From contig NC_058373.1 of assembly GCF_018350175.1 (NCBI RefSeq), forward strand, positions 43,834,001-43,898,000: DNA of 64,000 nt. Direction: 5' to 3'. Numbering within the stretch: the first letter of the stretch is position 1; each line of letters opens with the position of its first letter. Origin of the DNA: Felis catus (Eukaryota). The position numbers and the translations under genes were made by a program. Below, piece after piece: positions 12,609-22,650 of the stretch. The notes below the pieces were generated by a model, which was not told where the DNA came from, did no database searches, and was given only the letters and a program-made list of their open reading frames with translations.

Positions 12609-12830
12609 AGGGCACCTGGGTGACTCATTCAGTTAAGCATCAGACTCTTGGTTGCAACTCAGTTTGTGATCTTAGGGTTTATGAGTTCAAGCCCCACACT
12701 GGGCTCTGTGCTGACCGTGTGGAGCCTGCTTGGGATTCTCTCTCTCTCTCCCTCTCTCTCTCTCTACACCTCCTCTACTCTCTCTACCCCTGCTGTACTC
12801 TATCTCTCCCTCAAAATAAACTTTAAAAAA
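12609..12830 (+). mobile_element. Can-SINE (tRNA-derived carnivore SINE), older subfamily
   Basis: Head 'gggcacctgggtgactcattcagttaagc', CT-rich tract, 'aaaataaactttaaaaaa' tail; TSD aaat(g)ctcctttg at 12597-12608 and 12828-12840. Confidence 0.95.
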
Positions 12831-12990
12831 TGCTCCTTTGGAAGTGATTTCTATTTAGAGAGTATAGATAGTCTGAAGGCGACAAACTCTGGGCTGAGAG
12901 ATGTTTCAGGGGTGAGGAGCTGACAACATTTCAAAACTGCTGTTGAGAGAGCGTCCTATAATCGTGGCTATGGCCAGGATCCACCTGCCA

Positions 12991-13003
12991 TGACGTGACG
13001 TGG
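12991..13003 (+). promoter_or_regulatory. Overlapping TGACGTGA/TGACGTGG (CRE/UPRE-like) motifs
   Basis: TGACGTGACGTGG read directly; two CpGs retained in otherwise CpG-poor DNA. Confidence 0.3.
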
Positions 13004-13280
13004 AGGAGCCTTCTCCATTGTTAGATTACCATTGAATCCTTGAAACTGGTAACACATCTTATCAATTACCAGTCCTCAAATCTCTACGATCATTAGAGCT
13101 TACAAGGTATTTTCAGCACATTAGCTGTTTCCTTCCCTGCACCACCCTGTGTATTAGCGCTCCACTAATTAATTTTGCTATGTGTTCATGCTGTACTAAT
13201 CAATGAGTCATCTGAAAACAGAAAGATTGAGCGACCTGTCCAAGAGCTAAAAAGAGAGTTGAGTTTGCAACCAGGATGTT

Positions 13281-13320
13281 GTTTTGTTTTGTTTTGTTTT
13301 GTTTTGTTTTGTTTTGTTTT
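13281..13320 (+). repeat. (GTTTT)8 pentanucleotide microsatellite
   Basis: Perfect run read directly. Confidence 0.97.
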
Positions 13321-13631
13321 TACTTCTAATTCCATCCTTTTCCCAGACCTGCGCCTTTGTTGGCTCCTGGGTTTGTACATTGACCAGCCACATGAATGGC
13401 CAGCAGAGAGTCGGAACAGAAAGAGGCCTCTGTGCCTGGAGAGACTTTAAGATGGGCTAGGAAAGACCCTTTGCCTTAGACAATTTGTCCGTACCACAAA
13501 AGGTTCATTCCTTTGTATCTTGAAGGCTTTCAGTAAAATAAAAATGGAACCACATAATTCTGTTCCGTTTGAAATGGAATAGAATAGATTAGAATAGAAT
13601 AGACTTTATGTTCTATTATAAACAAAACACA

Positions 13632-13787
13632 GGGGCATCGGGGTGGCTCAGTCAGTTAAGCATCTGACTCTTGATCTCAGGGTTTGTGAGTTCAAGTCCC
13701 GCATCCAACTCAGTGTGTTGATAGTGCAGAACTTGCTTGGGATTCTGTCTCCTCCTCTCTCTCTCTGACCCTCAACTCATACTGTGT

Positions 13788-13838
<51 letters not shown>

Positions 13839-13853
13839 ATAAACTTTAAAAAA
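13632..13853 (+). mobile_element. Can-SINE with expanded internal (CT)n (13793-13835, about 21 units)
   Basis: Head 'ggggcatcggggtggctcagtcagttaagc', body 'cttgcttgggattctgtctc', tail 'aaaataaactttaaaaaa'. Confidence 0.95.
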
Positions 13854-13879
13854 GACGTGAACTAGAATTCATGGATAGA

Positions 13880-14275
13880 AGTATGATTATGGACACATAA
13901 GAATTGTACTCACTTATAAATATGTGAAAAATATCTGGAGTCTCTACAGTTTAAAAGGGCTGTCATATGCGGTAACTTTAGTTTTCTTCTTTATTCCAAT
14001 CTGTATTTTTATATCATTGAATTTTTTTAAGTTTATTTATTTATTGGACGGAGGGAGGGGAGAGTGAGCAGGGGAGGGGCAGAGAGAGAGAGAAGGAGAG
14101 AGAGAATCCCAAGCAGGCTCCACACTGTCAGTGCAGGGCCCGATCCAGGGCTCAAACCCCACAAACCGTGAGATCATGACCTGAGCCAGAATCAAGAGTC
14201 GGACACTTAACCGACTGAGCCCCCCAGGCGCCCCTGAATTTTTATATTTTTATGCCATGAACATGTATTCGTCGT
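13880..14275 (+). mobile_element. L1ME-like 3' end, interrupted by the SINE at 14027-14234
   Basis: 'ttttcttctttattccaatctgtattttt' resumes after the SINE as 'tttatatttttatgccatgaacatgtatt', typical of old L1M 3' ends. Confidence 0.55.
14027..14234 (-). mobile_element. Can-SINE
   Basis: Antisense poly(A)/AATAAA tail, GA tract, ends '...ttaaccgactgagccccccaggcgcccc'; 9-bp TSD tgaattttt at 14018-14026 and 14235-14243. Confidence 0.97.
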
Positions 14276-15049
14276 AGTGGCACAGTAAGCTAGTTCTTAA
14301 AAATTAAGAGACTCCTCATTCCAGTTGTGTGCTTTGTTTTCGGTGAATGAGAAAGGATGGAATAAATATAACTTAATGCCTCTGTTCCATTCTCCTGGCA
14401 TCCACGTTGGTCACACCTTAAGCCTCAGAGAAGTCACCAGCTAACCCTTTCAGAAGATGAGTTGTCAACAAGCTAAGAGCCAGAGTTTGTCTCTGGAGTG
14501 GGATAGTATGCAGCAGGGATGGGATGGGTGGCAGGGGGCAGGAGAACAAGTACCAGGGTGAGGGTCACCCAGTGGGCTGACTCTACCTGTGCTCTACCTG
14601 GCTTCCTGAAACACAGTGCCTGTGCCCACACAGAATCACGGCCAATCACCGGCTCTGTTCAGAGCAGAGTCAGACACGGATGAAGGGGTAGGACCAGCCT
14701 TCTTAGTCCCTGCTCACTCCAGCTTCCAGGGCAATTTAACTGCATCTAGCACACAGCATGCTGTTGGGTGAGTTAGATGGGAGGGTTCCTTCTGGCCATT
14801 CTGGGTGAGGTCGTTGCCACTGTGATTTGTGATGGGAACATAGTAGGCGCATAAGGTATAGGGCAGCCGGCTAAACAAAGTTTTGTTGCTGTGGCGTGTT
14901 CTGAAAGGCATCAGCGCTTTGCCTCGCAGTTAGTTTTTAGGTGTAGATGAATAGATGGGTCAACACGGCACCGTCATAAGTAAATACATTCTAGAATTGG
15001 GGATTCTTTTAAGAGTTGGAAAAGATCCTAGAAGCTGCCGGAAGCCCAT

Positions 15050-15330
15050 GGAAGTCAGTGGCTTGCTTCAGGTCACCCCAAGTGTCAGAAACACAGTTGA
15101 GACTAGACCGTAGGCCTCCAGCCCCCAAGTCCAGGGCTTTCCCCATTGGCTCTGTTTACCCTCATTCACTAATTTATCCCACGCACATTTACTTTGGGGC
15201 TGACTGGGTGCTGGGCGCTGAGTGGGGAAGGGGGATCCACACATGAATAAAATGAGGGCCCTTTTCCTCAGGGTGCTCATAATCTGGTTGGAGGAGCACA
15301 TTAGCAGGTTATTTAATAAAATGCACTGAG
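15050..15330 (-). mobile_element. MIR fragment plus L2 3' end
   Basis: 'gtggcttgcttcaggtcacccc...ccaagtccagggctttccc' (MIR); 'cacatgaataaaatgagggcccttttcctcagggtgctcataatctggttgg' (L2). Confidence 0.55.
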
Positions 15331-15658
15331 ATGCCTGCCTGAAAGGAAGGACCATGAGACACATAGAACCCAGGAGACCATCTGTTTGAAAGGAGTCAGC
15401 ACGCGGTAAAACCCTGCTCTTGGGTGTGTGATGCCACCATTACCCAGACCCCAGAGGAAGACATCCAGGCTACAGATAAGTTAACAAAGATGGAGATGAA
15501 AGAGCAGAGGGGAAAGAGAGGAAGGTCAGCTTTCCTCCGTCATCTGGGCAGTGTGCTCCTTTGAGGAGCTCTGAACTCTTGGTTCATGCAAACAGTTGAG
15601 GCTGGACACCATGCCTTTGTGTCTCCCAGAATTACTCACCGCACGGTTTCCTTTGTAT

Positions 15659-15668
15659 GTCACGTGAC
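15659..15668. promoter_or_regulatory. Perfect palindromic GTCACGTGAC (CLEAR/USF/MiT-TFE E-box)
   Basis: Exact 10-bp palindrome in non-repeat sequence. Confidence 0.4.
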
Positions 15669-16059
15669 GATGGTAGCTGCTCTCCCGCTTGTGTTCACAG
15701 TTTGAGTTAAAGGGTCTGTCCTTTATTGTGTTAGATCTTGTTTTGACCAGGACAGCGACCATGGATGGTTCTGAAGAATTCAGAAGAGTGCTTTAGACAG
15801 AAGCTCTGGGTGTTTCCAGGAGGCTTCCTGACTGCACCCTTTTCCCTTCTCCACAAAGGATCCTGTGGCTGGTGGCAAAGGACACAGACAGCCTCTCTGC
15901 CCATTGCCCTGTGGTTTGTTAAACGACTGAACAAATCATGAACGAAGACATATGCATCCATCTTCCTTGTCTGGATCTTGATTTGAGCAACCTAGTTATA
16001 AGGCCATTTTGGGGGTAGTCAGGGAAGCTTGGTTAATAGCAGTAGTTTTTAATGATAAT

Positions 16060-16370
16060 AGTATTGTGATTATGGTTTTCAAGAGTTATTTCTTAAAGAT
16101 GCAAACTGATACATCTTATATATACATAGCAGTAAAATATACTTTTTTAATATGAAATTTATTGTCAAATTGGTGTCCATACAACATGCAGTGCTTATCC
16201 CAACAGGTGCCCTCTTTTTTAACTGTTGGGGATACAGGTTTAGGTAAACAAGTTTGGCCATGGATTGATAATTCTTGAAGCTGGGTCATGGGCCCATGGG
16301 GGTTTACTATACTTTTCTCTTTAATTTTGTGTATATTCAAAATTTTTCCATATTGAAACATTTTAATATT
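16060..16370 (+). mobile_element. Old L1M (L1MC/ME-like) 3' end hosting a mini-L1 insertion
   Basis: 'ttgataattcttgaagctgggtcatgggcccatgggggtttactatacttttctctttaattttgtgtatattcaaaatttttccat' is characteristic of L1M 3' UTRs. Confidence 0.8.
16143..16214 (-). mobile_element. Extremely 5'-truncated felid-type L1 (about 70 bp of 3' terminus)
   Basis: 'ttttttaatatgaaatttattgtcaaattgg..ccatacaaca..cagtgcttatcccaacaggtgccctc' matches the recalled felid L1 3' end; flanked by ctttttt repeats, with TTTT/AA at the right junction. Confidence 0.8.
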
Positions 16371-16374
16371 GAAT

Positions 16375-16570
16375 GACTATATATTGAGCAGCTGCCATGT
16401 GTCAGGTCCTGGGCTAGATGTTTTATATGCAAGGTCTTATTATATTCTAACAATATCCTAATAAGTGGGTTGTATTATGCTGATTGCTCAGATGCAGAAG
16501 CTGTGATATAAAGCTAAAGTGAATTCCAAGTCACATAGTCGGTGGCAGGGCTGGAAATTGAACCCTGACC
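16375..16570 (-). mobile_element. MIR SINE, near full length
   Basis: 'tattgagcagctgccatgtgtcaggtcctgggctagatgttttatatgc...aagtcacatagtcggtggcagggctggaaattgaaccc'. Confidence 0.75.
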
Positions 16571-16880
16571 TTTTTAACTTTTGATTGAAGTAGAACATCT
16601 ACAGAAATGTGTACAGAGTTGTACAACCCAACAAATTTTTATATGACCGCATCAAATAACCTAGACCCCCAAAATGGCCTAGTACCAGCATCCCTGAAGC
16701 TACCTCATGACGATAGTCACAGTCCCTCCTAAGAGGTCACCACTATCTTGATTTCTAGCACCCTAGATGAGTTTCGCATATATTTTGAACTTCATATAAA
16801 TGGAATCATACATTTACGTATGGGTTTTCTTCCCCCTAACATTCTCCCATGTTGATGCCTGTACCACGTCTTTCCTTTTC
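16571..16880 (-). mobile_element. L1MB/L1MC-like 3' end
   Basis: 'ccactatcttgatttctagcaccctagatgagttt...ttttgaacttcatataaatggaatcataca' hallmark. Confidence 0.8.
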
Positions 16881-16985
16881 GTTGCTGTATGTTTGAGGTG
16901 GACGATGAAATGAGACAGACACAGAGGAAGAGGTACCACACACAGCATCAGCCACACTGTAGCCATCCAGGAAATGGCACTTGCC

Positions 16986-17228
16986 TTTCTTTGAAATGTT
17001 TTGAGTTTATTTACTTTGAGAGAGAGCACAAGTTGGGGAGGAACAGACAGGGAGAGGGAGAGGGAGAGGAGAGAGAGGAGAGAGAGGAGAGAGAGAGAAA
17101 ATCCCAAGCAGGCTCCACACTGTCCGTGCAGAGCCCAATGCAGGGCTCGAACTCATGGATCATGAGATCATGACCTGAGCCAAAATCAAGACTCGGACGC
17201 TCAACTGACTGAGCCACCCAGGGGCCCC
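16986..17228 (-). mobile_element. Can-SINE
   Basis: GA-rich tract, 'aatcccaagcaggctccacactg', ends 'actgactgagccacccaggggcccc'; diverged TSD containing ttgcctttctttg (16981-16993, 17235-17247). Confidence 0.95.
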
Positions 17229-19329
17229 TAACTGTTGCCTTTCTTTGCTGCTTATCAAATGTGTTCCAGGTTATTAGAGTTCTCTCCCCAGGTTGCATCA
17301 CTCCAGGGTCTCTAGAAGCCTTTTTATTTTGCCTCCGACTCTCTGGATGTAATGGTTGGGGAGACGAGATGGTGCTTCTGAGGCTAGACTAAGACTGATA
17401 AAGAAACTGGCCTTTTCTGTCTGCTCTTCTTTTTCACTGAAAGGGAGCCTTCCTCCCCTTGCACTGTGTATGTGGACAGCACGGGGATGCTGTGGCATCC
17501 TTCTCAACTTGTCTCTGTAAATCCTGTAAGATTTTTATTTCTTGAATGGTTGAACTCTCAGGTTTAAGATTACGATTTGTTTTTGTTTATCGATTGGTCG
17601 ATAGTCCCACCTTCTTCCAGAGATTTTATAATAACAACACAGGTACAAAAAGATCAAGACAATCTACCTAATGCAAAAGCAGGTTTTAAGAAAACAAGAA
17701 GGAAAGAAAACTATAATGGAAATGCCTGCCTGAGGAAATCTGAACAAAGGAGCACAAAATGTGGCTCTCAGCCTCCTAGCAGTTGGGGAGGAAGAGGGGA
17801 CTGTCTCCTATTCTCATAGTAGGAGGCAGTTCAGGTCAGGAAGAGCAAATGTCTGCCTGTTCTTGACCACTGAAAGAAATCTGCTGCAGGAGTCTTTGCA
17901 TAAGGTTACTATGCAAAGGTTATTTAAAAGGCAAAGAAAAAAAAATGCATCCCAGAGTCCCTTTCCTGGTAGATGGAGAAACACTTCCGGTTTGGCTGTT
18001 GTTTCTATTAGCCTCCTCTCAATTGGAGACCGTGGGCAACTTGTCCCTCGTGATGGAGTTGCCTTATGGAAAACCACTTGGAGGTAATGGACGTGCATTC
18101 TAGGCCCACCTCTGACCTTTACCTGCCGTGTGACTTTGGACCACACGTTCACCCCTTTCTGGGCCCTGGGTTTCCCCTCTGTTCAACAAGGAACCCTTGC
18201 AGTTCTAAGAGGCAATAATGTTCTTACTCTACACGTTCCAAGCGTGGAGCTCCTGGATGGCTGAGAACCCATCATATTATGTAGGGTTCTTCTTTCCCTA
18301 TCTGCTGTATATCCCCTGAAAATAAACAGCAAGAGCAACTTCAGAGAATAGTCGGCTCCAGGGGATGTAGAAGAAGGAACTGGGAGGACACTGTTGCCCA
18401 GAAAATCAGCCTACGTACCAGATTGGTTTTCAGTGGGGTGGGGGTTTCACGCCCACATGTGTGACATGAGCTGCATGCCTTTTCACAGCACCCCTGTTCC
18501 TAGTGTATGGAATCCCTCACCCCACCTCCTTTGGGCCTCCTTTCTGCAACTAATATTCTCCTGGTCCCCACACTGTCAATGACCAAACAACCCCTTAGCC
18601 GAGTTTCCTCACTCCATAGTCAACACGCTGGTAATTCCCACCTGTGCCCTGGATCAACAGTTGTGCAGACTAGCCTCGCAGAACTCGGTGCTCACACCCT
18701 TTGCTAAAGCTCATGTGTGTCTTTCGGCCCCCTCCCTGTCACCGGGGCACCCCAGACCTGCCCAGAAACAGGACGAACCTGCACAATGGCATCCTGTGCT
18801 GCTAGAAGAAGAAATTAAAAAAAATATATGTATTCCTGGTGTCTCCAAGCTTCCTGCTTTTTCTGTGAATGAGGAATCAAAAGATAAAGTCCCTTACCTT
18901 AATAACCTTTCTTACAAGGCCACAGCCCATCATGTCATTAATGGGTAATTCCAAGGTAGCCAGTTGTTGGTAAACACACACCTCCAAAGTGCCTAGTTTC
19001 TACCTGGCAATTCCAATCATAATTACCATGAAATTACATAACTGCCAATTACCCTGCCATGTGAGTGGTGTAAATAAGTACGTTCCTGCTCTGTGATTAC
19101 AAATTTGAATGACATGGCTCGTTAATTAGTAGCCCTGGAAATTTACCGATGGGCTACCAAACCAATAACTTTCTCCTCAAGAGGGAAGGGGATGGTTGGG
19201 GTTTGATGTAACCAAGGCCTTAGTGGAGGCATTGGTATCGCCCGTTCTTTCTCTTTTCCTGGTCCCTGCTGTTTGAATGTGGAAAGTGAGGGGGTGCTCC
19301 CTGGCACGAAAACATAACTTGGAGACCAA

Positions 19330-19500
19330 AGATGATGAATCCCAAGTTAGCCACCGGCTCGCTGTATGACTGGGAGACAGCACTTAATCCCCCTGAGTCT
19401 CATTTTCCTCTGTAAAATGAGTGATGCCAGTGCTGATGACGATGAGTTCTTCCTGGGGTTGGCAGGAGGATTAGATGGGGTGTGCACATGGAAGGTGCAG
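19330..19500 (+). mobile_element. MIR SINE
   Basis: 'gaatcccaagttagccaccggctcgctgtatgactggg...cttaatccccctgagtctcattttcctctgtaaaatgag'. Confidence 0.7.
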
Positions 19501-20163
19501 TAAACTCCCAGCCCTCTCCGGGGTTAGCTGTTGTCGTTGACCAAGGATGGGAGGGAAGCCCTGCTTCCCAGGCGATTCAGCTTCTGTACTCTGAGGGCTG
19601 GGTCTGATTCAGTTGGTTGTGAAACACCGTCACCGCACAGACACTGTCACGCTTTGTCAGTTGAGGGTGGCAGATTGAACTCGGCTGTGAACTTTTGCCA
19701 TTTTCTAAAGGGAGATTAGAACTCCATTTCCATCAGGAAATAAGGGGTGATGCTTCAGATGCATGAGAGGAAAGGATTACACCCAAAGAAATTTAACTCC
19801 CGAGAGATTATGTTCTCAGCCCTTGCCTTTAGCGGGGAAATAATCAGCCGAGAGTAAATAGTCTAGTAACAGCTCCAGTTGTGCAACAGGAGGGCTCTGA
19901 CCGGGCAGCCAGAGCTGCCCCACAGCCAACTTTTCTGACTTTCTCCCAGATAGCTCTCCTTGTGGGTGCCTCACTCAGGCAGGAAAACCCCGGGAGGGAG
20001 AAAGTGGGACAGCACCCAGCGATTTCCAAGGAGTGTCTCCACGAGGCTCGGAGGACTTTCAGATGTAATTCGACCAAGAAAGGCCACTTGCCTTAAGACG
20101 GAAAACTAATGCCGCTGCTCATCTTGCTTTTTGATGTGCATAAGGGCTGCACCTTGACAAATA

Positions 20164-20326
20164 NNNNNNNNNNNNNNNNNNNNNNNNNNNNNNNNNNNNN
20201 NNNNNNNNNNNNNNNNNNNNNNNNNNNNNNNNNNNNNNNNNNNNNNNNNNNNNNNNNNNNNNNNNNNNNNNNNNNNNNNNNNNNNNNNNNNNNNNNNNNN
20301 NNNNNNNNNNNNNNNNNNNNNNNNNN
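20164..20326. other. Assembly gap (163 N)
   Basis: Run of N. Confidence 1.
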
Positions 20327-20384
20327 AAGGTACCAGCAAATTGGATTGAAAATGCATGACATTTTCCTAAATTACCCCTCTTTG

Positions 20385-20579
20385 GGGGCGGGGGCAGGAG
20401 CCCAAGGATGAGGAGCAGAGGCCCAGTTGGGACCAGCTCCCACCAGGTGGCAGTGTGCAGAAGTTGTAGAAACAGCACTTCTGCTGATGGCTTTCGGCTA
20501 GCTTCAGATGAACTTGCTTCAAGGCTTGATTTTAAAGCACCACCCCCCTGCCCATCACCAAGTCAGTGGGGAATTTCCC
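20385..20579 (+). promoter_or_regulatory. GC-box + CTCF motif + NF-kB site cluster
   Basis: GGGGCGGGG 20385-20393; CCACCAGGTGGCAG 20440-20453 (14/14 to CCASYAGRKGGCRS); GGGAATTTCC 20569-20578 (exact kB consensus). Confidence 0.55.
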
Positions 20580-20785
20580 TGTCAACACTAACAATGTGGA
20601 AACGGCCCAAATTAGACTTTATTAAAGAGGATGTTGGTTGAGAAATATTCTAGTCGCGAGAAGCAGAGTGTGCTAAGTGAAACGTGAAATGTGAGCGTAG
20701 TCTGATTAGGCCGGAGCGTGTGATACAGACCAGGACCCCCGGTGCGGTTAACTCCTGAGCTTCTCCCCCGATTGTTCCCTCTAGA

Positions 20786-20948
20786 CACGCGGTTCTCAAA
20801 CATAGGTGCGCGTTAGAATCATCCGGGAGACTTTAAAAATCCCTGGCACCTGGCTGCCATCCTCACCGTTTCTGATTTAATTGTATGTGGCTTATATAGC
20901 CTGGGCATTGGGATTTTTGAGCAAAATACCTTCCAGGTGATTCCAGCG
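20786..20948 (+). mobile_element. MER5A1-like MITE
   Basis: 'cacgcggttctcaaac...agaatcatccgggagactttaaaaat...tttctgatttaattg...gcctgggcattgggattttt...ccaggtgattc'; preceded by tctaga. The element is quasi-palindromic, so strand is nominal. Confidence 0.75.
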
Positions 20949-21494
20949 ATTTCTGGGGTGGGGTGGGAGGAAGCCGTTTACAAAGAGGGAGCTGAGGTGA
21001 ACTGTTCAGAGTTGGCATCTTTGGGGGCAAAAGGAGCTGGGGACTGACTTTCTCATTAACTGCTCTCTCTTTTAACCTGGTGGGTGGTTCTCTGTTTAAT
21101 TATTCTAACTAGAAAATATCAGCTGACCAGCGCAGAAAGTGCCTTCCTGATGTTTCAGGCTATGTGTGCATTTGTTGTAGAATGTCAAGGACCCTTCCCT
21201 CGTTTCTCTTGATCTGTATATCTCAGTGGTGATGCCTCCTGTCAGATCCCTGGCCAGTAAGATCTGTTCCTTTCCAAGGCCAGGGGGATTGCACAACACA
21301 GATGCGTCTGAGGGAATCTGAATATCTAGCTAGATCTTGTGTAATTTGACCCAATCAAAGACACATGCAGGGACAGCCCTGGGAAAAATGTAGGCAAAAC
21401 TGCCTTTCCTTCTCTCACCCCTCTCTCCTGGGCAACCCCCCTCCCCAGGGCCCCACCCAGTGGATTTTAAACCTCTCTCCTTCCACTCAGTTTT

Positions 21495-21714
21495 TTTTTT
21501 TTTTTCAACATTTTTTTTTATTTATTTATGGGACAGAGAGAGACAGAGCATGAACGGGGGAGGGGCAGAGAGAGAGGGAGACACAGAATCGGAAACAGGC
21601 TCCAGGCTCCGAGCCATCAGCCCAGAGCCCGACGCGGGGCTCGAACTCACGGACCGCGAGATCGTGACCTGGCTGAAGTCGGACGCTTAACCAACTGCGC
21701 CACCCAGGCGCCCC
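21495..21714 (-). mobile_element. Young felid Can-SINE (SINEC_Fc type)
   Basis: CpG-intact body; perfect 13-bp TSD tccactcagtttt (21482-21494, 21715-21727) followed by AA, a canonical L1 endonuclease site. Confidence 0.99.
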
Positions 21715-21834
21715 TCCACTCAGTTTTAAGTGAAGTGTTGGTGAATGAAATAATGGATTAAAGAAACTCCCCCTCCCTTCCTGTAGGGAGCCTTCACGTG
21801 ACAGACAAGACCCTAAGAGCTTTATCTCTGCCAC

Positions 21835-22000
21835 TTATCTCAGCACATTTGTGTGGTAGGCCTTATTATGTTAATTTTCAATTTACAGAAAAGGAAACAG
21901 GCTTGAGGAGGGTAAAGGTGTTGGGTTTGGCCTCCTAGCTAGTGAGTGGCAGAATGGGATTTGAACCCACATCCTTGAGAGCTGGAACTCTTAATCCTAC
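21835..22000 (-). mobile_element. MIR SINE
   Basis: 'aatttacagaaaaggaaacaggcttgagg...ctagctagtgagtggcagaatgggatttgaaccca'. Confidence 0.8.
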
Positions 22001-22050
22001 CTTACACTGCTTCCTTCTTAGCTTCTTAGAACTGAAGTTTCCTGCCTTGG

Positions 22051-22250
22051 CTCTCTAATACAGAAACCACTAGTGGCTGTTAACATTTAAATCTAAATTA
22101 ACTAAAATCATGTAAGATTAAAAATTCAATTACTCCTCAGTCACACTAACCACATTTCAAGTACTTAGTAGCCTTTTATGGTTAGTCACTACTGTATTGG
22201 GCAATGTAGAAAATAGAGCATTTACATCATCATAGAAAATTCTGTCATAC
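22051..22250 (-). mobile_element. MER3 MITE
   Basis: 'ccactagtggctg...cctcagtcacactaaccacatttcaagtacttagtagcc...ctactgtattgggcaatgtagaa'. Confidence 0.8.
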
Positions 22251-22268
22251 TTAGAAATAATCTGTCAA

Positions 22269-22501
22269 GGGGCGCCTGGGTGGCGCAGTCGGTTAAGCGT
22301 CTGACTTCAGCCAGGTCACGATCTCGCGGTCCGTGAGTTCGAGCCCCGCGTCAGGCTCTGGGCTGATGGCTCGGAGCCTGGAGCCTGTTTCCGATTCTGT
22401 GTCTCCCTCTCTCTCTGCCCCTCCCCCGTTCATGCTCTGTCTCTCTCTGTCCCAAAAATAAAACGTTGAAGAAAAAAATTAAAAAAAAAAAAAAAAAAAA
22501 A
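22269..22501 (+). mobile_element. Young felid Can-SINE (SINEC_Fc type)
   Basis: Head 'ggggcgcctgggtggcgcagtcggttaagcg', long A tail, perfect 16-bp TSD agaaataatctgtcaa (22253-22268, 22502-22517) preceded by TT. Confidence 0.99.
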
Positions 22502-22519
22502 AGAAATAATCTGTCAAGT

Positions 22520-22650
22520 CTTTTCAACTTACAGATGAGGAACTAAGGACCAGGGAGGAAAAGTGATTTGCTCAAGAACCAGCCCTCTGTGGCTGTACGT
22601 TACCCAGAGGATAAAGTACAGGCTAGAACCTGGGCTTCCTGATGCTCATC
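22520..22650 (-). mobile_element. MIR fragment
   Basis: 'ttacagatgaggaactaaggaccagggaggaaaagtgatttgctcaag...ggctagaacctgggcttcctga'. Confidence 0.75.

Noticed and set aside
20654-20663. AGTCGCGAGA, resembling the BANP/ZBTB33 motif TCTCGCGAGA
   Set aside because: Only 8/10, and this motif is normally functional at CpG-island promoters as a full palindrome.
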